From Epiperipatus broadwayi (lineage: Eukaryota > Animalia > Onychophora), in contig JAQFVV010000006.1 of NCBI GenBank assembly GCA_028023455.1, positions 14,260,001 through 14,324,000 of the forward strand: 64,000 nucleotides of DNA, read 5' to 3'. The position numbers and the translations under genes were made by a program. The stretch's first letter is position 1; each line of letters begins with the position of its first letter. This document shows positions 1 through 13,121 of this stretch, in pieces. Below the pieces are notes generated by a model that ran no database searches, was not told where the DNA came from, and saw only the letters and a program-made list of their open reading frames with translations.

Positions 1-735
1 GACGGTGAAGAAAAAGTACAAAGAAGAAAATTCAAAGAAGCTACTCACATGACAATGGCAAATGATCCAGAAGGCAATTTAATGTGATAATTCATAATGT
101 TTGGAAGCTATTCATCAAACTTGCTCATATGAAAAAGAAGAGAAATCAGGAAGAGCCTCAAAAATGAGCATATGAAAATTTCTATAAGAATGACCTTCAA
201 TATTTTCGAATCTAAAGGTCTGGGGTTGATTACCTTGCTAATACTATTACTATTTAGGCCAACAACACCCGAAGAGAGGAGAATATTACAATGCTAATAC
301 TATTACTGCTTAGGCCAACAACACTTGAAGATAGGAGAAATATTACAACTAAACATATATTAAACCCGTGTGCTATTACTAACTGTTAAATGCATTTGAT
401 AAGGTATACGAAGTTTGAATTTTTCTAAAGACATTTAACATGTGTAATATTAGTTGATAGAAATTGCTGTGTATAGTTACTACTAAACCATTAGGGCACA
501 TAGCTAATTGGCTATTGTATGTAAATCACGTCACCCCCAGTCAATGCTTAAGATTAACAAATAAAATATCATCAATCTGTTATTAAAGCAGCATCCAGAT
601 AATAAATGGAATATTGTTGATATTTTATTGGTTAATGTTAAGCATTGATTAGGAGTGATGTGTATATAAAAGTTGGCGGTACTCATTCTATCTATGCTCT
701 ACCTGTAGATGGAGTCACCATTCATATAGCAATAA

Positions 736-1290
736 CAGAGGGTAAACTCTCCATACAGTAGGCCACTCAGTGCAAGCCAGAGTAATTAATGGATGCAAGG
801 TTTGGTTTTCATCAGTGAAGAGCCTTGGATCTGAGAGCATGGCACCTAGATCTTGGAATCTAATGCAATCCTCCAGCAACCACCATTTAACTTATTATAA
901 TTATAAAGCTTTAAGTCCAAAATGAAAACGCAATAATATTTTCAATTAAAACTCATTAGCTTGTATAGTTTTTTTTTTGAAATTGTTTAGATCCAAACTC
1001 AATTCAGCATCCATACTTTTTGGTTCTTTAATAACCAAACTCACCATAATCCTATTGGGCAGGATTGGTATTAAACCACTAAACATCTCACTGATGAAAG
1101 CCACAAGCTAAAAACTAGTCTGGGGATATTAAATGAGTAGGCACTTGATAGGTATTTTATGCAGTAACCTTCTTGCATCCATTGATTACTCTGGTTTGCA
1201 CTGAGTGGTGCTATTGTATGGAGAGTTTAACCTCTGTGTAAACAGCTTGTGTAAGTATAAAAAATGGTGATCATGTGATTAGTGGTTTAA
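736..1290. mobile_element. Hammerhead-repeat family A, inverted pair (minus arm ~736-1085, plus arm 1086-1290)
   Basis: Homologous to copies at 21.9, 32.6, 33.8, 41.7 and 45.5 kb. The plus arm starts at the ribozyme stem I. Confidence 0.85.
1086..1125 (+). ncRNA. Type I hammerhead ribozyme, family A, core G12 mutated
   Basis: TCTCA CTGATGA AAGC CACAA GCTA AAAAC TA GTC TGGGG (GAAA changed to AAAA). Confidence 0.65.
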
Positions 1291-1544
1291 TATAGATAGG
1301 TGTATAGGAGATAGTTTATTTGTAGTTACACAACACAGATATGATAGGAATACAGGTAGACAGTTATATATGATTTTATAGATATAGAGAAGGCATATGA
1401 TAGAGTAAATAGAAATAGATTATGGGTAAGTTTAGTAAATTTGAGAATGAATGGAGCTTTAGTGGATCTTCTTTAAGAGATGGTATGAAAATAATTACTA
1501 TCCATATCAATTAGGAAATATAGAATCAGTTAAAATTAAAATGG

Positions 1545-2560
1545 GGTGGGATTAAGGTAAGGATGCCCTATGTTATCTATTTTGGTTTTTATTATATTAG
1601 AGAAATGGAGAGAGCAATAGAAAGACTGGGACGAGGAGTAGAGATACCATTAATAGATGGCAAAAAGGTATATACATTATCATGTCTTATTTGCTGATGA
1701 TATCTTGTGCACAGAAAGTAGGGAAGATTTAGAAGTTATGAATGAAGACGTTCACAAGGGTGGGTAAAGAGATGGGAATTAAATTTAGTGAAGAAAAATC
1801 AAAAGTAATACTGGGGAAAAAGAAGTCAAAGAATTTTTATTGAGGTTTATAAAGGTAAGTGTGGCGAATAGGTATAACTATTTGGGAATCATCTTAAATA
1901 ATCAGAAAAATTGCTTGAATGAAACAAAAAAAAGAAGAAAGGAACTGATAAAGAAATTAAGTGTTTTCATACAGTAAGTCTAATGTAGCTAGAATTGTAA
2001 GGGAATGGTAGCAGCAGTGTTAACATATGGTAATGATGTGTTATGTGTTAGTAAAGGATAAGATTACTTATAAAAAGTACAAAGAGAAGTGGGAAGACAT
2101 GCATTAGATGCGGTTGTGTGGACTGAAAAGGAGACAATTCAATGAGAAATGAGATGGTCAAGTTTTTATATGAAAGATGCAAAATGAAAATGTTTGTTAG
2201 ATTTGCAATTTATGGATAATAAGTGAATATCCAAAATAATTTTAAATTGGGTTATAAGTAAAGGACAGACAACAAGATCAGTGAGAAAGGTAGTATGGTA
2301 CTCAGAAGATTCGGATAAAGACTCTATCAGTATACTTATACAAAAGGTGGGATGATTGTGTTAGAATTGTTGAGTATTATAGTGGCAAAGAATGTAGAAG
2401 AATAGATGCATTAATAAAAAATAGGGAATCGGAGAGATGGAGAACTAGTATGGAGAGTAAAAAAAGTTTAAATATACATAAAAGTAAACAGAATATTGGG
2501 AGCAGAAAAATATTATATTTAATGTATTTAGAAAGTAAACATGAAAATAATATATATAGC
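1545..2560 (+). mobile_element. Degenerate non-LTR retrotransposon (RT 3' part), CATCA-tail LINE family
   Basis: LFADD-like RT motif near 1690. Colinear with the copy at 43225-44700. Many stops and frameshifts. Confidence 0.8.
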
Positions 2561-2879
2561 AATCAAACCTGTGCACAATGATTGAGATCTATACAAGTAT
2601 TCTGTTAGAAATTAAGGTGCTTATTTAGAAAGTGTTCTCCACCATTTTGGTTCAAAGGAACCCCAAACCACTGCTGACACAACCAAATGCTAAACAAAGT
2701 TAAATAATGCAGGTGCCTAACAGTACAACGTGTTCCAATTATTTTGACCACTAACTAAAAAAAAAAGCCATTTCTTTCAAAAATTAACACCTAAATTTTC
2801 TATAACTATGCTCAATCAAATATTTTTACAAATCAAAATATAAAACAGTAGTAGAGTAATTAAATTAGCGATATGAGCA

Positions 2880-3800
2880 AAAAGCAATTATATAAAATTA
2901 AATTAACAATCCCATTCATGAATTGAACACAAGGTTTCAACAGGTATAACAATATAAAAGATAACTTTCGAATGAGAGAACAATAAATTACTCAATGATA
3001 ATAAAGCCCTTTGAAATCAGAGGTTTTATACACCCACACTCCAATTCCCCAAGCTCTCACAAATTTGCAGGCCTTCAAGCATTTTTATACAGAAATATGC
3101 AACTGTGCAAGTTTGAAGCAGATAGAAAGAATAATATACATCTCTACACCAAAGCAAGCAGGCTACAAACTCAACACTATTAACAATAAAATTAAACAAT
3201 TTTATAAGAAAATCGTAGACTAAAAACGATACTCAAATTCCATATATCACTCTTCCACACATACCTAAAATCTACCAATTAATTAAGGTTTTGTCCAATA
3301 AATTTAAAATTAATTTTCATACACCCCCATGTACTAATCGTCTAATCAACAACTCTAAGGATAAAATCGAACCATCTCAGACCCCCCATGTCGTTTACAG
3401 CATATCATGCCCACAACCCGGTTGCCGGGCCATTTATTTTGGGGAAACCAAAGCAGGCATAATCAACAGGACAGCACAACATAGATACACCTATAATAGA
3501 GCAAAGAAAAATAATGATAACTCATCAACATTCTTAGAACATTCCAATAAGACAGGACGTGTTTGAACCCTCCAACCCCAAAATAGTTGGCATTGAGAAA
3601 AACGACATCAAGCGGAAAATCAGAGAAGCATACTTCATTAATGGCAATAATAATGCTATCAATAGACGGGATATCTGCTTTGACATATCCAAACGTTGGA
3701 CTATCTAGCTCATTTGCATACCACTTTGTTTCCTTGCCTTATTTCCTCATTATGCATCTTGCATTATATGAAGCAAATGGCCTCGAAAATGCTTAGCGTA
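2880..3800 (+). mobile_element. Penelope-like element remnant (RT thumb plus GIY-YIG endonuclease)
   Basis: IKPFEIRGFIHPHSNSPSSHKFAGLQAFLYRNMQLC resembles the PLE RT C-terminus. VVYSISCPQPGCRAIYFGETK...RTAQH is a GIY-YIG motif with the PLE-type Cys/His pattern. Frameshifted. Confidence 0.85.
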
Positions 3801-5024
3801 TAATAATTTTTGGAATCTTTATAGCTTCTCATTCAAGTGTTTCATACGCTTTTTAATTTGTAAACTAATCTATAAACTAAATGATTTTATAAATCCATAT
3901 GAAATAAAAATCCAAAAAGGTATCTGTATAAAGTTTCATTTGTGTCAAAATCCGTATAAAGTAAAATCATGGAAATAAACATAAATGAAACTTTTCACCT
4001 GTATAGTTTTATGGCATAAGCGTTGTTCCATTTTCTTTGTCAATGGGCATATTTTTGTATTTTTATTTCTTGTGGATTTACTACCAATTACTTACTTATG
4101 GATTACATGATTCACTTTTTGTATTTTGCTTATTAAATTCTTTTCTTATATTCAATTCACAAATTGGGTTTTTAATTTAATTTCTTTTGCAGGTGCATTT
4201 GCCCTTGCCACTCATTTACGTGGCATTTTTTTGGGATTTTAATTTCTTATGAATTTACTATCAATTATTGTATTTATGGATTTCATGGTTAATTTTCTGT
4301 ATTCTTATGCTAGTTTAGATTCTATATTTGGATCCGTCCATACATTGGTTTGTAATTTAATCGCTAATTCAATTTCTTTCAGAATGCTTGTTGAATTTTT
4401 ACAAAATGTATGAAAATTTTTTAATATTATTTTTTTAATTGCCGAATTTATGTATTGTTGCTATGTAAGATGGTGGCTTCATTCTGCAGTAGAGCATAGA
4501 CTGTACAAAGGCGGTTATTTTCATAACCAATTTTTACGTTTGTTTCCTTTAGACGAAACCATTAGGTTAGAAAAAACACGTTTTAGACAGAAATGAGGTA
4601 TTTTTTTCGTCATTTTTCATCTTCTTTTTATTTATTCATTCTTTCTTATTATATCACTATTGAATGTGAGAACATTGTGTTCCACTTTGGGTCTACAGAA
4701 CCACAGATTAAGAACAACTGATATAAATGATGTTCTTGTTATGTTTTGTATGTATGATGGAATTAAGAACTTGTACTTATTTTGTTGTTGTTTACTTGTT
4801 AATAATTGCTAAAAAAATAAATCGCTACCAACATTTGACTCTGCTATTTATATATTATTATTTGGCTAGCGATATCAGAATCTTTTGAATTTTGTTTTCA
4901 TAATATTAAAAAAGAAATATTCTTATATATTTGAATAGGAAGTTTTTAAATAAACATGTCAACTTGAGCACTTGACAGAAGAGTTGCTCAGTCCACTCAA
5001 TGAAATATGGAAAGATGTATATTA

Positions 5025-5340
5025 GAAATAACAAATAGGATCGAAGACACATGGATGAGGAACCAAACATATTATTAACAGCATTAAAGAGACTGAAATA
5101 AAACTGGATTAGATATATTGCTAGAAGAGGTAGTAATAGTAGGATAGTTGAATATTTAAACTAGACCCCAAGAGATTGTAAAAAAAAACCCCGAGAGACT
5201 ACATGTGAAGTGGATAGATGAAGTAAGAAAGTTTTTTGGTTTGACATGGAGAAGAGAGGCTAGAGATCGAACAATTGGATTAAGCTTGGAGAGACCTTCA
5301 TCCTGCTCTGGATTAATAATGGTTGAAATGATGTTGATTT
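5025..5340 (+). mobile_element. RTE LINE 3' fragment
   Basis: Matches the 3' end of the 7251-10386 element (gagaccttcatcctgc...tggattaataatggttga tail). Confidence 0.8.
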
Positions 5341-6481
5341 TCTGATGAAAATCAATCCTCTGAAATATTAAACAATTATGTGAACAAATAATTGTATTTT
5401 GTTTTTTATTTATATATTTCTTTTAATTAGTTTATATATTTTTTATGGTTTCTATAGATATATAACTCGATTTACATAAAAACCATTTGTTAAGACTGCA
5501 TACTATCTAAATCTTTTAGCTTTGTCTTAATTGAACCAACTATTGTCCCAAGTAGGATAGAAAAATAGTCATCTCATTGTAACGCAAACATTCACTAGCA
5601 CTTGATACAATTAAAAAAAAAAAAAAACTGCTAAAATTTTATATAAAAAGGAACAAATTGAGTAAAAAATAAGTCGACAACTGTTAAATTTAGTTTAATG
5701 ATAAGTCAAATAATTTCTTTTATATATAAACTTACAAACATTCGATATTTGTGTATAAACATACATCACAAAAGTCTATAAAAGTGATGAAAAAAAAGTT
5801 GGTTACTCACCAATTACTGATTTGAAATGTCATTAGCTTATCTTCAGATCATAAAAAAAAATTCCTTAAACATATTAATATTCTAATCGAATTTTTAATA
5901 AAACAAATCCATGGCATTTCATATTCCACATTTCTATTTCAGTTCAATCTATATTTACTGATGTTTATAACAGTTGATAAATGAGTATTTTGATATCCTT
6001 AGATGAAGGATAAAGCAAGAATGTAAAATCGTTCAAACTTTTACTGTTGATAACTTGCAAGCCTGATGATTACTGCCTTTCGCTGTAAAGGTCTGCTGGG
6101 AAAACCTCTGTCTTGTATTGGGCTGCTTATTGAAAAGATTGCTGTAACTATAGCGACTGTAATAATCATTTAAATCCCAGATAGTTAGTCACATATGTAC
6201 ATAAAATATCAAAAGTTTACCACAAGCTAAAATTAAAAAAAAATGCTATCAGTGAAAATTTTAAATTTTGATTTAATTGCCAATTGGTGACCTAGTATAT
6301 ATATAGCCTGGAGCATTATTACACTTATTATTTAACTGAAACACAGGCTTAATATATATCATGTGTCTATATATGTAATATAGGGTATATGAGCACAGAC
6401 TTTCACATGACCCACCACTCTCCACTCTATCTAATAACACTGATACACTCAAGCACATATATGCTGATAAGATAAATAATC

Positions 6482-6525
6482 ACCAATATACGTATTTCAT
6501 GCTAAACCAGCAATCATCAGCTGGT
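6482..6525 (-). ncRNA. Type I hammerhead ribozyme, family C
   Basis: Reverse complement: ACCAG CTGATGA TTGCTG GTT TAGCAT GAAAT ACGT ATA TTGGT. Confidence 0.8.
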
Positions 6526-6913
6526 CCGGATTATCATCTCCCACACATATATACTATAAGTGAAAGTCTGTGCTCATATACCCTATATTACATATATAGA
6601 CACATGGTATATATTAAGCCTGTGTTTCAGTTATTACATTGTAGAGATGTCTGCCCATCCTTGCATCTGTATTTAATGGATTATGTCCTGTACATGTGGG
6701 GTTCAGATTGACCCTGGGTCAACATGGGTGTGACAAGAATCTCGGCCTCAGGGTGGCCTTCGAGCATTCCATCATTGGATTTTCAATTGGATGGACGGTT
6801 GAAGAGTTGGAGTGTGGAGTAGATTGGAGCCAGTCCATTAAAGTATGAAGATTGTCTATCTTAATATATATCTGAGCACTTATAGTATATATGTGTGGGA
6901 GATGATAATCTGG

Positions 6914-6957
6914 ACCAACTGATGATTGCTGGTTTAGCATGAAATACGTATATTGGT
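6914..6957 (+). ncRNA. Type I hammerhead ribozyme, family C
   Basis: ACCAA CTGATGA TTGCTG GTT TAGCAT GAAAT ACGT ATA^TTGGT. Palindromic stem III ATACGTAT. Stem I is extended by GATAATC/GATTATT. Confidence 0.85.
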
Positions 6958-7250
6958 GATTATTTATCTTATCAGCATATATGTGCTTGAGTGTATCAGT
7001 GTTATTAGATAGAGTGGAGAGTGGTGGTCATGTGAAAGTCTGTGCTCATATACCCTATATTACTTATTATTTAAGTAATACTGTGGGTGCAATTTGAGAA
7101 TTATATTTGCATTTTATAATGTTATAATTGACTATTTATTAGTCTGCATTCAAAACAGGTTATATTTCTTGTTTAAGGAGGTATTTAAACTTCTTTCAAT
7201 CAATAATTTCAATCTCTGGTCAAGTTGCATCTTTAATGTCTATATAAATA

Positions 7251-10200
7251 TCATCATCATTATCAACCATTATCAATCCACTACAGGATGAAGGTCTCTC
7301 CAAGTTTAATCCATCTTCTCCGATCTTTAGCTTCTCTTCTCCACATCACCCCTACACATTTTCTTATTTCATCCATCCATCTTACACGTGGTCTCCTTCT
7401 GGGTCTTTTACAATCTCTTGGAATCCAGTTTAAAATTTCAATTGTCCATCTATTATCATCTCTTCTAGCAATATGTCCAGCCCAACTCCACTTCAATCTT
7501 TTAATTTTTTCAATGAGGTCAGTAACACCTGTTTGTTCTCTTACCCATACATTGCGTTCGGAAGATCTCTTCTTGTTACTCCCAACATACATCTCTCCAT
7601 ACTTCTTTGAGTGGTCTGAAGTCTCTGTATTGATCTTCTATTAAGTGTCCAAGTCTCAGATCCATAAGTAAGAACTGGTAAAACACATTTGTTAAAAACC
7701 TTTCTTTTCAAACACATAGGCATATTTCCTTTTAATATCAAGTTATTTCTACCAAAAGCACTCCAACCAAGTTTAATTCTATGATTAATTTCCTCTATTA
7801 TGTTTCCATCTGTATTAATAATCTGACCAAGGTATTTGTAACTCTTAACTTCTTCTAATTCATCATAATCAATCTTTATTTTCATATTTGGAGCAAATCG
7901 ATTAAACATTACTTTAGTCTTTTTAACATTTATCTTTAGTCCTACTTTCATCTGATAACTCCTGCAACATTTCCTGCAGCTCGGAAGCATTATTTGCAAA
8001 AACAACTACATCATCTGCGAAATCTAAATGACTTAAATAATCTCCATTTACTTTCACTCCTTTAGTTTCCCATTTTAATCCACAAAATACTTCTTGCAGC
8101 ACTGCTGTAAAAAGTTTTGGAGATATGGAGTCACCTTGTCTTACACCTTTCTCAATGTTGACTTTCCCAGTATCATTATGTAATCTAATTGTTGCTGTTG
8201 CATTTTTATAAATATTCTTTAAAATATGACAATATCCTGGATCTATACCTTGATGATCCAATGCTTTAATCACTGAAGAAATGTTTATAGAATCAAATGC
8301 CTTTTCATAATCTACAAATCCAAAACATAATGACAACTCATATTCATTTGTCCTTTCTATAACTTCTCTCAATACTTGAATATGATCTACTGTACTAAAA
8401 CCACTTTTAAATCCAGCTTGTTCTCTTGGTTGGTGAAAATCCAAGGTTCTCTGTAGACGAGTTGTAATTATCTTGGTAAAAATTTTATATAAAACTGATA
8501 AAAGGCTGATAGGTCTGTAATTTCTAATATCTTCTTTATCACCTTTTTTAAATATTAATATTATTACTGCATTCTTCCAATCATCCGGTACATCTTTATC
8601 ATTTAGACATTTGGTATATAACTTTGCTAATATTTTTTCTGTTTCTTCACCTGCTTCTTTTAATATATCAATTATAATTCCATCATTACCTGGAGCCTTT
8701 CCTTTTTTCATACATTTAATTGCATTTCTCACTTCTTCATTTAAAATTCTGGGCAATTCGGAAGATGTAATAGATATAGGAGGTACTTGTTCTTTATTAC
8801 TATATAATTCTTGATAAAAATCTTCTACCAATTTCATAATGTCATCCCTCTTTTTAGTAATAATTCCATCTTTTTCCTTATTGCAGATATAAATTTCCTA
8901 CCAATACCAAAATGTTGTTTTACATTCTTAAGACTTTTATTTTCTTCTACAGCTTTTCTTGCTAGTTCACAGTTATACTTTCTTATATCATTTTCAACTC
9001 TTTTCCGCACCATTTTACAAAATTCAAGATATTCAATTCTTTTTAATGCATCATTCTTGCATATCTTCATATTCCTTCTTTTCTTCATAAGTTCTCTAGT
9101 CTCAGTAGAAATTTTATTAGTCAATTGCTGCTTTTTTCTACCAGCTATCTTTGTTGCAGTTTTTAAAAGTGTATCAGTTATTTTCATATTAATTTCATTC
9201 AAATCTGAATCATGTTCAAAATCTACTAATACTTGAAACCGATTTGTAAGTTCTAATTTAAATTCATTAGAATGTTTCTGAAGATTAGGAATATCAACTG
9301 TAAATATAGTTTTTCTTAATAATTTTTGTCTCTCTAGTTTTACATTAACATGTATCTCATCCCTTACTAATCGATGATCACTTCCTGTGTTAAATTTATT
9401 AAGAACATTACAACCTTGAAATATGTATTTCCTGTTAGTCAAAATATAATCCAATTCTGCTGTACCTTCATTTGGATGCTTCCATGTCCATTTCCTTCTA
9501 ACATTTTTCTCAAAAAAAGAATTCATAATATAAAGTTTTTCCTTCTCTGCAAACTCCACAAGTCTATGTCCTCTCTCATTTCTATTACCATAACCAAAAT
9601 TACCTACAACACTTTCATCTTTCATTTGTTTACCAATTCTAGCATTAAAATCTCCCATAACAATTTTAAAATGTTGTTTACTCTGATCAAAAGCCTTTTG
9701 TACATCCATATAAAAATCTTCTACTACTTCATCACTGTGAGAACTTGTTGGGGCATAAACCTGAATTATCTGCATTTGATATCTGCTATTAAGTTGTATA
9801 ACTAATCTTGCCACTCTGTCTGATACACCATCAATCTCCACAATATTGTTCTTCCACTTTTTATTTATAATGAATCCTACTCCACTTGTATTTCCAATAT
9901 TTGTGCCTTTATAATAGAGCATATGTCCACTTTTTAAATCAATTGTCTCTTCACCTTTTCTTCTAACTTCACAAAGTCCAATAATATCCCATTTAATATA
10001 AGAGAGTTCTTCTTCTAATTCTTGCAATCTTCCTTCACTTGAAAGTGATCTGCAGTTGTAAGTACCTAAATAAAAAGTCGTCATCAAATGGCAGCCTGGG
10101 TCCGCCTCCAGGATATTCTTAGCACCCTCCGCCTTCGGCCACCAACCGCTGCCTTGGTTGGTGACTTTACAGCCTCCTGGGATTAAGGGCCATGCTTTAT

Positions 10201-10386
10201 TTTTGTCTGTCATAATTGTATAATTGGGAAAAATCTTTATCATTTACACAAACATTCATTCTGCCTTATCAGGCACTGAGAAGAAAGACCATGGTGTTTC
10301 TTGATCTTAAACTCAGAGGTAAAAAGCCAATAAACTCACCACGCTGGCTAATGCGTGTTGGTGAGCAGCCCATCCATGTTCGTATA
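7251..10386 (-). mobile_element. Near full-length RTE-clade LINE (APE endonuclease plus RT), frameshifted
   Basis: TYNCRSL, VYAPTS, GDFNA and SDHR APE motifs in 8834-10243. YRPISLLS and FADD RT motifs in 7923-8837. WSWAGHIARR C-terminus. (TGA)n tail at ~7251. Candidate 11-bp TSD CTATATRAATA at 7240-7250 and 10387-10397. Confidence 0.95.
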
Positions 10387-12134
10387 CTATATGAATAAAC
10401 ATATAGTAATAACAGCTGCAACGACAAGAACGTATGGAGTGGACATTAGGAATTTGCCCTGCTCGGTTCCTTTAAGGCCTCCAAGAGGAATCAAAGGGTC
10501 TCCTTTCAGTTAATAGCAAACTCCTTTCTGCAGCCATATAAATATATGGGACCATTAATAAAGGGGGATTCCATCTTTATTGTTAAAAGGAGGTTGCCTT
10601 GACAACAGTTTGAAATTGATGATTGTTATTATTGGGATTGTCTTAAGTGTTGACTGGCTTTTAATGATATATATATATATATCACCAGTTCATATGATTA
10701 TTGACCTTTTGCCAGATCTAAGATATTTAATATAACATTACTGAGCTATTATTTGTACAATTGTGATAAACATTAGCCTATTAAAGTCACACATGCATGC
10801 CCAAACTGCAATCTTAGCCAACGCAAGGCAGCAAAATGGACTTGAAAATCATACTACCAAGAGTCTGTGGTCCATGGCGAAATACATAATATGATTGAAA
10901 TAATTCTCACATAGTCTCAATTATTACTACAACAACCACCTCTCACCAACTGCAAATAACATTGAAAGAGTTGCTCTCTCTCCCGCGGGCACATTGCCCA
11001 CAACCAACCTGGAATGCTTTTATTGAATGAAGAATATTGTAAACCTAACAGCTTTTCAATTGGATGATGCATTCCTGGATAAAAACATTGCTGGTTCACG
11101 AGCTTGAGATTTCATTCGATCTTTCATGCATCATATTCGCTCAAACTCCTACTTCTAAAACTGAAGACAATATCACATGAGTATTTTGGTCTCCAAATGA
11201 TTCGACTTCAAGCATATTCTTTCAAGCCTGAATAAAATGTCAGATCTCAGTAAAATATGATTTATACTTTCGACCTTACTCAGTGCTGATTTTTTTTTCA
11301 ATGTTGGAGACATGTTAATCAATGATTATGGATGAAGTTGAAATGCTAACTTGCTAACTGAAAAATCCATCAGGAAAATGTGATTCCTCACCATTAGGAG
11401 TATACCGTATCCTACTGCACTAAATGTTCATGGTCTTACAGCAGCAACAAAAATTGGAAAAAAAATTTCCGGTTCCAGTCAGGCTTAGGATTTTTCTTTT
11501 AAGGTATCTGGCCCATAACTAATCCAGCTAACTATTCAATATTGGTCAGAAAATGGATAACTAGTTACTCTTCATTAGGTAACAAAACAAGGTTAGAAAT
11601 CTGCCAAACCCATCACTTGCGGAAAGCTTGGTATTACTCTCATTTGTTCCTCTAGGGCAGAACCATCCAAAATGCAGCTCAGGGAATCGCATATGCAGCC
11701 GATCTAAAGGTTTTGATATTTTTGAATGGAAAAAAAAAAAAAATTTGAATCGAATGCTTAATAGATATTTTAATTCTCCCACTAATCGGGAATCTTTATG
11801 TTGATATTATTTTCTGCTAAACCTAACTATGAGTAGGAATCTAATAATTTAATATGTGTACTGTATTATTTTGAATGCCGTCTTCAAATAAATATATATT
11901 TTTAATGTGACCCTTGACCTGGTTCATGGGGAGATTATTGTAAAAGCCTTTACCCTACAATAAGCTATTTGAATACTGTTTCACATTTAAATTATACATA
12001 AATTGGGTTTCTAAAAATGGAGATAAAGTGTTCAAATTTTTAAGGCCATCTTTCTCTTCTATATAAAGTTTTTAGAATTTAACATATACTCATTTAATTA
12101 AAAATAGTTTCAACCATGTTTTTTGTAAAAAAAA

Positions 12135-13121
12135 CACCGTATTTGCTGACATATAGGATCTATTTTTTCTCCCTCAAAATACGACTAAAATATGGGTGCG
12201 TCTTATGCGAAGTAATCAAAATTATGAGTTGAAATTTCAATCGGTGTAAAACTTCTGGTTTATATTAATATACATATATAAATAATAAATATAATGGTAA
12301 TTAACTATTATATACAATCTTTCAATCAACAGAAGTATGGTTAATTCCTTAACCCCCCTCAATTACCATTTAATTTAAAAAACAAAATGGAAGCAAACGT
12401 CATCCATTCAAATCCCATGAATCCTGAATTTTAATTATATATGTTTGTGCATGTTCATCCTAAAGGCTGGATGGATGAAGGAGGATGATGTTGTAAATAT
12501 ATAAGGTGTGGCCTAGGCACCTTTGTGGACTGTTAAAGAAATCTGCTTGCGAGTACGGAATCAGTTTCGGAGTCACAGAACTGAGTCGCAGAACAGAAAC
12601 TGTGAAAAATAAAATCAACCAACTGAAAACTCAATTAGCTGTAATTACAGGTGGCCTATTGAGCCAGCGTCAACCTTTAGATGACTGCATTAATAAACCA
12701 TTTAAAGGAGAAATGAACAATTGGATGCAGTCTACAAATTTTGCAGTGCCACCATCAGGAAGAAGGAAGAGGTCTAGCATTTTGCAGATTTGCGGATGGG
12801 TCAAAACTTTATAGGTTGCTGTGAAATGAGATGTTCGTAAAGTCATTTAAGAAATGTGAAATTAGTAATTCACTTGATGGGACAGAGGAGGACTTATTGT
12901 TATACTCAGTTTCTGAAGAAGAGGATTCAAGTGATTATTTAGCTGTGGAGATGAATTTATGGGGTTTGAGGATGAAGATTAAAAGGTACCTAATTATAGT
13001 GTCCTCTAGTTACATTTTTTGTAGATATAAATCATTATGGAAAATCTTGGAAAAATTATATAATTTTTTCAAAAAAGTATTAAGGGGGGGGGGTACGTCT
13101 TATATGCCAGGAAATATGGTA
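12135..13121 (+). mobile_element. pogo/Tigger-like DNA transposon, internally deleted
   Basis: TIR pair caccgtatttgctgacatatagga / tcttatatgccaggaaatatggta. Transposase remnants QPLDDCINKPFK and KSFKKCEISNSLDGTEED. Confidence 0.85.

Larger units (their letters stand above)
6323..7074 (+). mobile_element. Hammerhead-repeat family C, young 5'-inverted insertion with TSD
   Basis: 472-nt monomer 6561-7032 plus a 31-nt terminal direct repeat. Inverted arm 6333-6562. ACTTATTATTTAA occurs at 6323-6335 and 7062-7074. Confidence 0.92.

Noticed and set aside
5799-5850. Minus-strand micro-exon ending at a gtgagt donor
   Set aside because: Only a donor-like motif; no recognisable peptide or partner exons.
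6066-6110. Hammerhead at CTGATGA TTACTGC...GCTGTAA
   Set aside because: The hairpin is followed by AGGTC, not GAAA, and no stem I or III was found.
6273-6940. ORFs at 6273, 6499 and 6719 (also 27488 and 54233) as genes
   Set aside because: They lie wholly in family C repeats and recur only because the repeat does.
7288-9805. Plus-strand ORFs 7288, 8611, 8811 and 9374
   Set aside because: Antisense shadows of the RTE coding sequence.
10200-10390. HDV-like ribozyme at the RTE 5' end
   Set aside because: A hairpin is present but I could not identify P1, P3/L3 or the nested pseudoknot by eye; a descriptor search would be needed.
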